The notes under the pieces were generated by a model, which made no database searches, was not told where the DNA came from, and worked only from the letters and a program-made list of their open reading frames with translations. Source: a virus (taxonomy: Duplodnaviria > Caudoviricetes). Taken from it: DNA of 64,000 bases. Positions 39,147 to 49,288 of the stretch are shown one piece after another. Position 1 is the stretch's first letter. The number at the start of each line of letters is the position of its first letter. The stretch is taken from IMG/VR virus record IMGVR_UViG_3300013121_000037, positions 48,345-112,344 of that record, one strand, 5' to 3'. The position numbers and the translations under genes were made by a program.

Positions 39147-39540
39147 TCTCCTCATTGCCGGCCTGGTGAACCCCGCGCCGCCGGCGCAGCGCGTGGAGTG
39201 AAGTAATCAGTACATCCGCTGGCCGTGCAGGCAATGACCATGCTCCGACCAGCCTTCCTCTTGCTGGCGGTCGCGGGACGACGGCCCGACTCGGAACAGC
39301 ATGTGCCGTTCACCTGCTACTACAACTTCCGGGGCACTCCCCCGGAGCAAACCGTAGCAAGTCTCCGTCTCCAGGTCGGCCCCTGCCACCACAAAGGCGG
39401 CATACACGGGGTCGCCAGGCTCGCGACGAACAGACACGCACGCCGTCCGTCCGTGCTCATCAATGTGGATGGTTTCAATCGCCATTTCCATTCTCCTCAT
39501 TGCCGGCCTGGTGAACCCCGCGCCGTGCCGGCACAGCGCG
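39147..39540 (-). repeat. early-region intergenic repeat A (2 copies: 39147-39193 and 39492-39540), hairpin plus RBS
   Basis: TCTCCTCATTGCCGGCCTGGTGAACCCCGCGCCG is identical in both copies. Confidence 0.85.
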
Positions 39541-39790
39541 GGGGAAGTGGATCGTCAATCCTCGTCTGGAATTGCGTGCTCTGGACACAGATCGGTAGCA
39601 CCGTCGCAAGACGGGCCGTGACCAGGGACGATTCGGGTGCGGTTCTCGCACCCGCACGCGGCGACAGTGACACGGTAATCACCGTCACGACGCGACACCG
39701 CCGCCGCAAACTGCGGGCGACGGTGCAAAATGTGGCACGACTCCAGTACAGTGGTTCGGAAACCCATTGTCCTTCTCCTCTCATTGCTCG

Positions 39791-41571
39791 CCCACCCCTA
39801 CCTACGCTCGGCAGGGGTGAGCGATGACACTATTTTCGTTTCTGCGCTGCGACCTGTGCCCGCTGTTCAGCGAGCCAGTCGCCGCAGTCAGCGTGGCGAC
39901 GACGGCCTTTCGGCCAACCGCCGCCGTGTGGGGTGGGGATCACTGGCACTCCCGACACGTCCCTCGTTCTCGCTGGGGTGGCCGCTCCACGGCGTACCGA
40001 GCCGCACGGCTGCTCAGGCCGGTGTCGTGCTCGACCTCAAGCCCGTCCGGGCCGATGAGAGTAAGATAGGGGTACTGGTCACCGGACCATCCGGGCATCA
40101 CGGCTACGACGCGAAATCGTCTGCCATACAGTTTGGTCACGATGATGTCGCCCACTTGTAACTCATGGGCTAACAGATTGATTGCCACAGTCCACCTCAC
40201 GCGAGCGAAGATCCCCGGCATCAATGCCCTTGAATGTGTACAATTTGTCGCCGCATGGACCACCCCACACCGAGATCCAGTAACCACGGCGGTTATGGTG
40301 TGTGACGACACAAGGGCCGTCCTGGGGGCCGATATGCCGCCAGCACCAGCGGGCGGCGTTGTCGATCTCCGGGTAGTAGCCCTCGGTCCAGACCTGGTAC
40401 GGGAACCGTTTCCTCAGTTCTTCCAGTTCGGCCAGGCGGTAGATTTCGCGGCCCTCTTCCAGGAAATTTTCAAACGTGGTGATTTTCATTGGACTCCTTT
40501 TGCTTGTTTGAGCAGATCGGCATACTCCCGCATCTGCTCCTTTGATTCTTTGATAACGTCATCGGCCGACAGAACCTCATACACGCTGTCGTAACAACAA
40601 CCGCGTGGACACTTCTGCTGGTACGAGAGGAGCAGGTAACGTCCCGGCCCCTCGTAGGTGCCGATCTGAACTCGGGCGGTCCAGAACTGCTCGTAGGTGA
40701 GCCGGCCGCACCGCTTCAGATTCTGGAACTGTTGTTCGTTCGCCACGTCGAACCACCGGCCGTCCGTCAGTGCTTGTCTTGGCATGACATAACTCCATGA
40801 AAAAAAGGCACGTTCTCAGACCAGCGCTGGCAATCCTTACCCGTGTAGGTATCCACCTCCGTCTGGATTGGGTCTACTCCTCCGCTACTACGTGGGGAGG
40901 AACCCTGCTTCTGGCCCTGTCGGCGCTTCTGGGCAGCCCTGATAAGCTGCTGCATTCGCTCACGCTGCTCCGGGTCCGGGCCGACCCAGTAGGAGCAGGC
41001 GGGATTGTCGTTGTCACGATTCTCCTGGCGAGCGTGATCCCTGGCTTCCTGCTCGCTGGCATGAGTGGATACTACGCCCACGGCGGAACCGGTCGAAGCA
41101 AACCCCCAGACGACTGCGAACATTGGTTGATCTCCTTCGTTGTTGTTACCCACCCCTACTACGCTCGGCAGGGATGGGCGATGACTCTGGATTAAGTGGA
41201 GGTTTCATGGGGGAACCATGAAATTGTCTCTGTGCCAACTCGAATCTTGATCTTGCTTTCGTCGAAATTTTTCAGGCGACAGGAGAAGCTGGCCATCTGG
41301 AGGCGCCCTCGTGGCGATCCGGCCAGCACCTGAATCCTGCCGTTTTCACTGGGGTGGGAACCGCCTACCACTCCACCAGCAACCCATGTGACTAACGCTG
41401 GCGTACCATCATTCAGGACGCAATTTGGAGTGTTCGCCTCCCAGAACCGGGAGGCAGGGATACCGTCAGTGCGATTAAAATACAGCATGTCCTTTTCCTC
41501 AGTTGTGCCCACCCCTACCTACGCTCGGCAGGGGTGAGCGATGACACTATTTTCGTTTCTGCGCTGCGACC
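39791..41571 (-). repeat. early-region intergenic repeat B (3 copies: 39791, 41149, 41508)
   Basis: CCCACCCCTAC(C)TACGCTCGGCAGGG...GCGATGAC hairpin; copies 1 and 3 are identical over about 64 bp. Confidence 0.85.
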
Positions 41572-41834
41572 AGGTCTCGCTGCTCCCGCAGCCATGCCCG
41601 CAGCAGATCCTGGTGTTCCGGTGACGGGCGACGTTCACCCGTGAGCCAGCGGTGAACGGTGCGGCGCTCAGGCACGCCCAGAGCGTCGGCAATCGCCTGG
41701 AGCGAGCGCACGCCCCGCAGGGGGTGGTGCTCCAGCAGCGACCGCAGACCGAGGCGAACGGCCTGCCAGTCGCCGGTGTCAGCGTGGCGACGGCGACCCT
41801 TCGGCCAACCGCCGCCGTGTGGGTTGGTGGTCAT
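41547..41834 (-). CDS. XRE-type HTH protein
   Basis: SLQAIADALGVPERRTVHRWLTGERRP. Confidence 0.7.
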   Translation of the reverse strand: MTTNPHGGGWPKGRRRHADTGDWQAVRLGLRSLLEHHPLRGVRSLQAIADALGVPERRTVHRWLTGERRPSPEHQDLLRAWLREQRDLVAAQKRK

Positions 41835-42743
41835 GACTGCCGTTCCCAGTGGCCGTTTTTGACGGAGAAATCGTTCTCCCGGCAAAGGGAGTAGACCTCC
41901 CCCTCCACGCAGGGAACGATTCTCCCGTTGCTGAAGTGTGCTGCCCCACCAGTCCACTCCAGTAAGGCACAGTCGTCTCCAGACACACTGAGATCGGCGG
42001 GAGCTTGGGCTACTACCGAGTAACCGTACAGGCCCCCATCACGCGATGCCAACCCGCCCATCTCGTATCCCATGAATTCTGCCATCTCTCATCCCTCCCT
42101 TGTGCCCCTCTCGGGGCGATTGCGGCCACGGGCGAGGTGGCCGGTGGTGGTGTGGTGTTACAAACCCGCTGAATTTTTGGTGGCCAACGACTCCAAATCG
42201 AAGCACAGTTGGGCGTAGCGTTTTCCGGTGTAGTTGTCCCGATCCTGCCGCCCGACAAAATCGAGTGGATTGAATTCGTCAATCTCCAGTTCCGGTTTCA
42301 GGAACGGATCTCCTGGAATGCGTGCCTTCTGCATGCTCGGCCTTGCATTCAGTCGAGCCAATGCGGCTTCCGCCTCCTGGCGGGTCGCGGCCAGGGCGTA
42401 CAACCGGCGACAACTGCGAGTGATGCCATCACCCGGAGCAGACGTGCGACCAATCGCATCAACCAGTGTCGAAGCGTACACGCAAAATTTAGCCTTCATC
42501 TTCGTCATCTCCTGATTGCGGCCACAATTAGTGGCCTGTTGTGTGGTGTCCGTCGCACTCATCACACCATATTATTCGTGCTTCAGAAATGGGTATTTCA
42601 CAGAATTATTTATAAACTTCTGTACACTTCTGCGCAAAATGCTACTGTCTACTTTTGACCAGTAGTGAACGTCATGGCAGTGTGGCACCTGAATTGCTGT
42701 TGCCTCCAGCACCACGGTAATACGGGTCTGGGAGGTATCTGCA

Positions 42744-43022
42744 ATGCAACTTTTCACGGTGGCTGAGGTGGCGGCACAACTGCGACTGTCTCGAGCCATG
42801 ATCTATCAACTATGCCAGCGTGGCGACCTGCGGCACGAACGCCACGGTCTGCGCCGCGGCAAGATCCTCATTCCCGCCGACGCCATAGCGGACTACAGAC
42901 AGTCCAGGACGCACCAGGCACAGTGCGACCACCAGGAACCTGTTGAGGAACCCTATCATTTTGAGTTTATCCGCCCGCGACCTTCCCCAAAGCAGCCAGC
43001 AAGTAACTGTGATCGTGGTTGA
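42744..43022 (+). CDS. excisionase-like HTH_17 protein
   Basis: LFTVAEVAAQLRLSRAMIYQLCQRGDL; convergent with the integrase. Confidence 0.75.
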   Translation: MQLFTVAEVAAQLRLSRAMIYQLCQRGDLRHERHGLRRGKILIPADAIADYRQSRTHQAQCDHQEPVEEPYHFEFIRPRPSPKQPASNCDRG

Positions 43023-44031
43023 TATGCGCGTAGACGCGGGCCAGCATGGACGTATCGCTGTGACCCAGCAGAATCGAGACGGTCAGCGCATCCACCCCAG
43101 CGGCCAGCAACCGGGTTGCCAGGGAGTGCCGGTAATCGGTCAAACAGAACTTCTTGCCCAGTTTCCGGGCCAGATAGCGAAACCGGCAATTGGTGGCGTC
43201 AGGCGTCCAGGGCAAATCGTCGGTGTTCCGAAAGAGCGGTCCCGCCGGCCAGCGGGCCGCCAACCGTGCCACAATCGCCTCTGCCTCCGCATTCAAGTAG
43301 ATCAGTCGCACGGGCGTGCCTGGCTTCTCCTCCCCCAGCGCAAAGCGGATACGGTGATTGGCCAGGTCGAGGTGGCGTGCCTCCAGCGCGATGGTTTCCT
43401 GACAGCGTGCCCCCGTGTGCCAGGAAAAGTTGCACAAATCGCGAAACTGCTCATCCCGCGACAGTGCCAGGATCTGCTGATGTTCCTCCGGAGCAATCAC
43501 GTTGTCCCGGCGCCCACCCGGCGGCTTTTTCAGATGGGCAATGGGGTTCTTCTCAATCAACCCCTGCTCCACGCACCAGGACAGGCACCGCTTCACGGCT
43601 CGCACATAGTTGCGCTTCGTGCCACTGGTCACATTCCTCATCCCATCCAGCCACTGCTGGACATGGAATGGTTTTAACTCAGTGACCAGCAAGTCAACGG
43701 GAATGTTCTCTGAAAAAACCTGCAACCGATCGGCGTACCATCTATGGGTGTCGTCAGCACGGTTGGCCTTTACCCATTTCAGGAACCTGTCCAGCAAAAC
43801 TACCACGGCTAACCGGTGGTGCCTCTGCACGGGTTGCTTGCCAGGCTTTGGTTGTGCCAGCAGACGCTGAAAGGCGTCAAGAATTGGTGACGGCGGGTTC
43901 CACCCCAGTTTGCCTTTTCTGGGGCGCGGCAGGTCGGCAGGATGCTCCCCCAGCAGATACTGATGCCCCGCCAGGGTCACCCACCAGGAATTCCGACTGG
44001 GCCTGTACCAGGGTTTCGCCGGTCGGGACAT
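42967..44031 (-). CDS. int: tyrosine integrase
   Basis: TGARCQE, YRHSLAT and LLGHSDTSMLARVYAH catalytic motifs. Confidence 0.92.
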   Translation of the reverse strand: MSRPAKPWYRPSRNSWWVTLAGHQYLLGEHPADLPRPRKGKLGWNPPSPILDAFQRLLAQPKPGKQPVQRHHRLAVVVLLDRFLKWVKANRADDTHRWYADRLQVFSENIPVDLLVTELKPFHVQQWLDGMRNVTSGTKRNYVRAVKRCLSWCVEQGLIEKNPIAHLKKPPGGRRDNVIAPEEHQQILALSRDEQFRDLCNFSWHTGARCQETIALEARHLDLANHRIRFALGEEKPGTPVRLIYLNAEAEAIVARLAARWPAGPLFRNTDDLPWTPDATNCRFRYLARKLGKKFCLTDYRHSLATRLLAAGVDALTVSILLGHSDTSMLARVYAHINHDHSYLLAALGKVAGG

Positions 44032-44048
44032 GGTTCGTGGTGACCAGA

Positions 44049-44268
44049 TACCGTGACAAATTACCGTGACAGTCAGAGGTGTTTTTCCCTAAGTCAGTAT
44101 CCCCGACAGGATTCGAACCTGTAACCTTCGGCTCCGGAGGCCGACGCCACCACAGCGCAAACTCACTGTCAAATAACAACTTGTGGCAAAAACACCACTG
44201 CACACCTACCATCGTTTTATAGCGGTTTTCGCCAGTTGGCAAGCGATACCGTGACAGATACCGTGACA
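44049..44268. other. attP-like site: core is the 3' half of tRNA-Arg(CCG) (44097-44147, minus strand), flanked by paired arm-type repeats
   Basis: GCGTCGGCCT-CCG-GAGCCGAAGGTTACAGGTTCGAATCCTGTCGGGGATAC with no 5' acceptor strand or D arm; TACCGTGACA at 44049, 44062, 44247 and 44259. Confidence 0.85.
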
Positions 44269-44937
44269 GGGAACTGCGCAAAAGTAGACTGTCTAGTTTT
44301 GCGCAGTCAGGTGGGTAGCCAGGTAATGCCCGGTTCGCTGCCACCGTGCCAGGACAGGTGCAGCACGCGCAGGGAGCGGAAGCCAGGACCGTCGAACAGA
44401 CACCAGAAACGTGCGCCTTCGCGGTCAGCGTGCAGGATGGCCGCAGTCAGGCGGTCGCGGTAAGCGGTCGGGATGCCAGGGCGACGGCGCAGGCACCGTA
44501 TCAGGTCCTGCGCCGTCTCTGCCGTGGTCTGAAAGTGGGTCATGGGCGAATCTGCTCGCTGGCTTGCCACACATCCACGCTGCCGCGCATCGCAGGCAGT
44601 TGCCGCGCACGCGGACGAATGTCATCGCCATCACCGATCCACTCCACCGGCACCTTGCGGCCACGTCCAGCAACCACGAAGACAACATGGGTTTCCCCGC
44701 GCGACTGAAGCCAGTCGCGTGCATCTTCCGCCTGCGCAAAACCAATGAAACCTTTCGGTGTACCCAGTACCACCGCCACGTTGCCGCTGCTGGTCGGTTC
44801 GCCATCTGGAGTCCGAATGTCCTTGCCAGCGGGCAGGTCGAAATCAACAGAGTTGTTGAACAAACGAATCATCGTTCCACCCCTTTGCTATCACCGGGCG
44901 ACTGCTACACAATCTTATTCGTCGCTCACGATGATAT

Positions 44938-44966
44938 ATTTTAAGAAAATTCAGGTGGACTGTCAA
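44938..44966 (-). promoter_or_regulatory. sigma70 promoter abutting palindrome 44970
   Basis: TTGACA-17 bp-TAAAAT. Confidence 0.7.
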
Positions 44967-45002
44967 GGCACTGCGCAAAATGTAACTGTCGAGTTTGCGC
45001 AG

Positions 45003-45521
45003 TCAGGAGCGTGCCGTCAGTTGCTCCAGCATGGCGGTGGCCCGCTGGTGCAGGTTTTTGGCCGCTTCCAGGTTGCCCCTGCGGTTCTTGATGGCCCGCC
45101 TCAGCAGGACGGCGGCTTCCTCCAGTTGCTCCAGCAGTCGCAGGGAGCGGACCGCCTGCGCCGTCTTCTCCTCCTCGTTCTGCACGCGCTCGAGGATGTC
45201 GGTGGGCACCAGAGGCATCAGGGCAATGCCGTCATGGGTGGGCACGCCGTTGCGACCACGGTGAACCCGGAAGGCCAGTTTGGGTGCGATTTTCTCCAGG
45301 TTCTCGTAGCGCCACAAATCCTGCGGATGCTCCAGCGGTTCCTTGAGGGCCTGGCGCAGGTCCATCTCGTTGAGGACTGCATCCTGGGAGAGAATGAAGG
45401 CCGGTTTGCCGCGCTGGGGTTTCTTTTTCGCCTGGTGGGCTGGACTGCCGGTAGGGCAATCAGTCCAGTCGGGGAACAGCCAGGGATTGATGATTGAAAT
45501 GCGGATGCGAAGTGGGTACAT
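45003..45521 (-). CDS. hypothetical protein
   Basis: ORF whose stop codon sits at a palindrome edge. Confidence 0.5.
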   Translation of the reverse strand: MYPLRIRISIINPWLFPDWTDCPTGSPAHQAKKKPQRGKPAFILSQDAVLNEMDLRQALKEPLEHPQDLWRYENLEKIAPKLAFRVHRGRNGVPTHDGIALMPLVPTDILERVQNEEEKTAQAVRSLRLLEQLEEAAVLLRRAIKNRRGNLEAAKNLHQRATAMLEQLTARS

Positions 45522-45668
45522 TGAGGACGCACCGCTGGTCCGGGTGTGGCTGCACCCCGACCAGGGGGCCGCGGGACCTGCCGACCGCTACTCGGCGAGG
45601 TCCTCTTTTCTTTGAGAGTCTACTGACCCTTGTACTCACTTCGTCATCCTGACGCAACGGCGGGAAAA

Positions 45669-46061
45669 TTACTCCGGACGTGGCAGACCGTGGTGGTTGG
45701 TCCGCACCCAACCAACATGGCGAAAGATGGCGGTTTTCTTCACGCTGCCATCGGGTTGAGTTTCCTCCACCGTTTCCCTCTTCGTAAAGGAGTGCAGGGG
45801 GATGATACCCACCCGAAATAACTCTGTCTCCAGTTCCGGGATGAGATAGCCAGCGCCGCCGATCATCGCATGCGTGGCATTGTGCATCAGAGCAATGTTC
45901 GCCAGTTGCCTGGCCCGCTGACTGATAACACGGTCATTTGGCAGGTCGTTGAAGGTCAGGGCGTCCTGCACCACCTTCTTCGGCGGGCTGGTTGGTTCGA
46001 AAACTCCAGCGGCAATCTGCTCGGGCGTGGCGACGTGCTGAGTGAGATTCAGAATCTTCAT
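45669..46061 (-). CDS. Csx20-like protein (candidate cyclic oligoadenylate ring nuclease)
   Basis: N-terminal H..T.EQ; C-terminal IPLHSFTKRETVEETQPDGSVKKTAIFRH resembles the Csx20 C-terminus as I remember it. Confidence 0.5.
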   Translation of the reverse strand: MKILNLTQHVATPEQIAAGVFEPTSPPKKVVQDALTFNDLPNDRVISQRARQLANIALMHNATHAMIGGAGYLIPELETELFRVGIIPLHSFTKRETVEETQPDGSVKKTAIFRHVGWVRTNHHGLPRPE

Positions 46062-46127
46062 GGCCAATACTCCCAGGTCATCAGAAATAATGTGTACAAA
46101 ACAATTACGCATGGGCGAAGCAACTGC

Positions 46128-46448
46128 TTACAGTTCCGGGCGGCAATCCGGCAGGTACTCGTTGGTATCCAACCAGTACCGCTTGCCACTGGTCGGGTAA
46201 ACCAGGATGTCCACCACCCGACAGGTTTCTGCCAGGGCCACCACACTATCGCGGTCAGTCCAGTGACAATGCGGGTGGTCTGTATGCGACTGTAATTCAA
46301 AGCAGTCTGTTTCGACCACCAGCACCACATGGCCGAACCAGCGAGCGCAGTGCAGGTGTGGTGATAACCCAACCCCTCGCTGCGTTCTGGTCTGCTGCGA
46401 GTCATGCAGTTGCATGTCCTCGCGAGCAGTCCCGTGGTAAAAACGCAT
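46128..46448 (-). CDS. possible ADP-ribosyltransferase-fold protein
   Basis: MRFYHGT...GVGLSP...ARWFG. Confidence 0.35.
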   Translation of the reverse strand: MRFYHGTAREDMQLHDSQQTRTQRGVGLSPHLHCARWFGHVVLVVETDCFELQSHTDHPHCHWTDRDSVVALAETCRVVDILVYPTSGKRYWLDTNEYLPDCRPEL

Positions 46449-47189
46449 CGTTCATTTCCTCTTGCGGACTGGGAACCGCTCCCCACAGTGGGGAGTGCAT
46501 TACAGGGTGGGCGTCCCTGTCCTCTGCATTACTCGCCACGCGCCAGGGCGGCCAGCACCGCCCGCCGCAACTGGCGGTCGCCAATCCGACTCACCGCCAC
46601 CTCCAACCGGTGCCCATGTGCAACCGCACCATGCACCTGCCGTACCAGCATCCGAACAACAGTTTTCATCGCATCACCTCTTGTGTTGGCGTCCGTCTCG
46701 CCTGACACAAGTAATTCGCTGCTCACTGGCAGATATTTAACAGCAATCCGAGATTCTTTGTACAGATATGGATATGTGTACAGTAGTGAGCAAAACTAGA
46801 CTGTCTAGTTTTGCTCAGCGCGGATTGCGTGAAATATTCAACCTTGACTTGCGAATAATTTAACAGTAGGACAGATGGCAGTCGCCCACAACCGCCAGAG
46901 CAACCACCCATGCTTGACCCAACGAAACCCGTTGACATGCCATCCATTGGCAGTCGCCCCGCTGGACAGATCGCCTACTATGGTTGTACAAGGTGCCAGT
47001 GTCAGCATTTTGAAGGCACCAGACTGTTCCAGGAACACCTGCACTGGCAGTCGAGGCACGGCATCCAGGAAATGTGCCGCGCCGCCTACCTGCGGCAACT
47101 GGCGCAAACCAACTAAACTGTCTAGTTTTGCGCGGCGCGGATTGCGTGAAATATCTATCCTTGAACTGACAGTCGCCCAATAGCGAGGA

Positions 47190-47462
47190 GTGAAGACGAT
47201 GATTCTTAGCATCCGACAGGTTGAGATTGAGAATGAGGACACTGGCGAAACCACCGTTGGCTATCGCCTGTGCAATGCAGACGGACAAGGTTACGGCGAC
47301 GTGAGTCGTGCTGTTGATATCAATGGATACCACCGTATGCCACGCTCGCGGCCTCACCCAGCGCTGGGCGTGTTCGCCACCCGCGAAGAGGCTGTGGACA
47401 TGCTGGAGCAACTTGGTGCGGAACTGGCCGAGAAATGCTGTGGTGCCTTTGAGGTGGCGTGA
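47190..47462 (+). CDS. hypothetical protein
   Basis: GAGGAG RBS; coupled to the LAGLIDADG-like gene. Confidence 0.55.
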   Translation: MKTMILSIRQVEIENEDTGETTVGYRLCNADGQGYGDVSRAVDINGYHRMPRSRPHPALGVFATREEAVDMLEQLGAELAEKCCGAFEVA

Positions 47463-47803
47463 TGTCCAAGAAGCAAAAGTCGTTACTGACTGAACTCACC
47501 AGAGAGCAATGTGCCTGGCTCGCTGGTGTCATCGACTCCAGTGGCTACTTTGCCGCCCGCCGCGATGAGGATACCGGTTATCTGCGTTGCCGCTTTGCAC
47601 TGACCGGTCGCCGGGACTTGCTGGAAATCGCCCACAACCTGTTCGCGGGCGGCAAGATTATCCACGAACGCAACAATTGCCACCGCTGGGAACTCTGGTC
47701 CAAGGTGGAAATCTCCCGTCTCATCGACCTTGTGCAACCATACCTGCAACTATCCACACGGATAGAGCAGGTGCGAAACTACATCAGCGAAACCGAACGC
47801 TGA
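47462..47803 (+). CDS. single-motif LAGLIDADG-like protein lacking the catalytic acidic residue
   Basis: AWLAGVIDSSGYF; GGKI...RWEL...LIDLVQPYL. Confidence 0.7.
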   Translation: MSKKQKSLLTELTREQCAWLAGVIDSSGYFAARRDEDTGYLRCRFALTGRRDLLEIAHNLFAGGKIIHERNNCHRWELWSKVEISRLIDLVQPYLQLSTRIEQVRNYISETER

Positions 47804-47840
47804 CTGCGCAAAATGCTACTGTCTACTTTTGCGCAGTACC

Positions 47841-47874
47841 AAAAAAGGTGGGGCGCTGCCACAAGCAGCGCCCC
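47841..47874 (-). terminator. intrinsic terminator between convergent units
   Basis: GGGGCGCTGC/GCAGCGCCCC stem followed by T6 on the minus strand. Confidence 0.6.
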
Positions 47875-48695
47875 TGTCGGTTCCAAACCTGATCTGTCTG
47901 ATATCATTCTAGCGCTGGACAGTCCCCGCGTAAAGTAGAGCCAGCAGCACCGCCAGCGCCACCACAAACAGGGTAAGGCGCAGGCAGCGGCAAATGACTC
48001 CCCTTCAGCCGGTTTGCCGTTTCTTGCGCTGCAGCAACTTGGTAATAATCGCCGGTCCCAGCATATCATCCAGACGGGCATCGAAGCGCGACCACACCTC
48101 CGAATGCTTCAGCGTCTTGCTGTTGACCCGGTTCATATCCTTGAGGAATTCCTCCCAGAGTTTAGCGTGCTTGTCGTCGGGCAAGGTCCGCAAATCCAAC
48201 CCCAACCGGTTCATCTGCCGCCGGTGCAAAATACCTAGCCAACCCTGACGACGCTCCTCAATCGGTGGTTGCTGCCGTCTGGCCATGTCAGTACCTCGCA
48301 GAAGTTTTTTGGTCATCCTGGTTCGGCACAATATCAACGACGTGGCAAACGCCACCACGGCACACATGGTGGCACCCGCCCCTGCCAGAACCCATCCGGG
48401 TCCAGTTCCAGCATTCGCTGCAAGCCATCCCGCCGCAGGTTGGTATCACTCCCTCCATCCACCGCCCGCACCGCGTTATCAAACCAATCCAGCAACTGCT
48501 GCGCTTCCTCCAAAGTCGCCTGCGTTACAGCAGTACAACCAAACTTGCCTGCACGCAGTTCCCCGACAAAATCCCTGGCGCAGTAATACAACCGCAGCAA
48601 TTCATGGTGCGGTGGAAAACGTCTGGCCTCTCCCACTACTGGCCGGGTATCCGCCAGCGGCACCAATGTCAGCGTCAGTGTCAGCAGTACCGTAC

Positions 48696-49241
48696 TCACC
48701 GTGGTTCTTCCAGGTTGGGCGTGTAACTGGTACGGTGTTTCGTTATCCAGGCACGTTCCACCAGCACCATCCGGTCCAGTAACTCCACCGCCTGATACGC
48801 TGGCAAACCCTGCCGCTGCAAATGCAGCAGGTACAGCGTGGTCGCCCGCCGATAATCCGTCCAGTGCGGTGGTCCATCCTGGACACACTCCAGACGCGCC
48901 TGCGCCAGATAGGTCTGCAATATCTCCAACCGCCCCGGGTAATCGTCAGGCAGCATGTCCAGCCAGGGAATGGCCCGGTAATCTTTGGGTCTGGCCTGCG
49001 CTAACCACTCCGCCTGAGCACCAAAGCGTATCCTTTGCTCCAACTCCCGGCACCGCGCCGCCACCTCCAGGCGTGTGCCCGTAGCACCACCCTCCACATA
49101 CGGCAGGGACAGCACCTTCATGGTCAACAGGATGCCGTAGGATTGCTCCCGGAGCCGATAGGCCGGATGATCCAGTCTCCCGATATGGACCAGCACCATG
49201 AGCGACAACGCATAAGAGGTGAACATTGGCAAAAAACTCAA
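48696..49241 (-). CDS. hypothetical protein
   Basis: LDHPAYRLREQS...EVAAR pattern typical of Planctomycete helical-repeat proteins. Confidence 0.45.
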   Translation of the reverse strand: MSFLPMFTSYALSLMVLVHIGRLDHPAYRLREQSYGILLTMKVLSLPYVEGGATGTRLEVAARCRELEQRIRFGAQAEWLAQARPKDYRAIPWLDMLPDDYPGRLEILQTYLAQARLECVQDGPPHWTDYRRATTLYLLHLQRQGLPAYQAVELLDRMVLVERAWITKHRTSYTPNLEEPR

Positions 49242-49255
49242 CTGAACCTAGCGAG

Positions 49256-49288
49256 GAATCCCCTGCCTTCAGGCGGGGGGAAGTTTAC
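49256..49288 (+). mobile_element. orphan IS200/IS605-type end hairpin
   Basis: GAATCCCCTGCCTTCAGGCGGGGGGAAG versus the tnpB element right end GAATCCCCTGCCTTTAGGCATGTGGAG. Confidence 0.55.

Noticed and set aside
42967-44031. Integrase as an integron integrase acting on the palindromes
   Set aside because: It has an excisionase partner, a tRNA att core and arm sites typical of phage integrases; the palindromes lack attC RYYYAAC/GTTRRRY cores and extrahelical bases.
44097-44147. Intact tRNA-Arg gene
   Set aside because: The 5' acceptor strand and D arm are missing; better explained as the att core.
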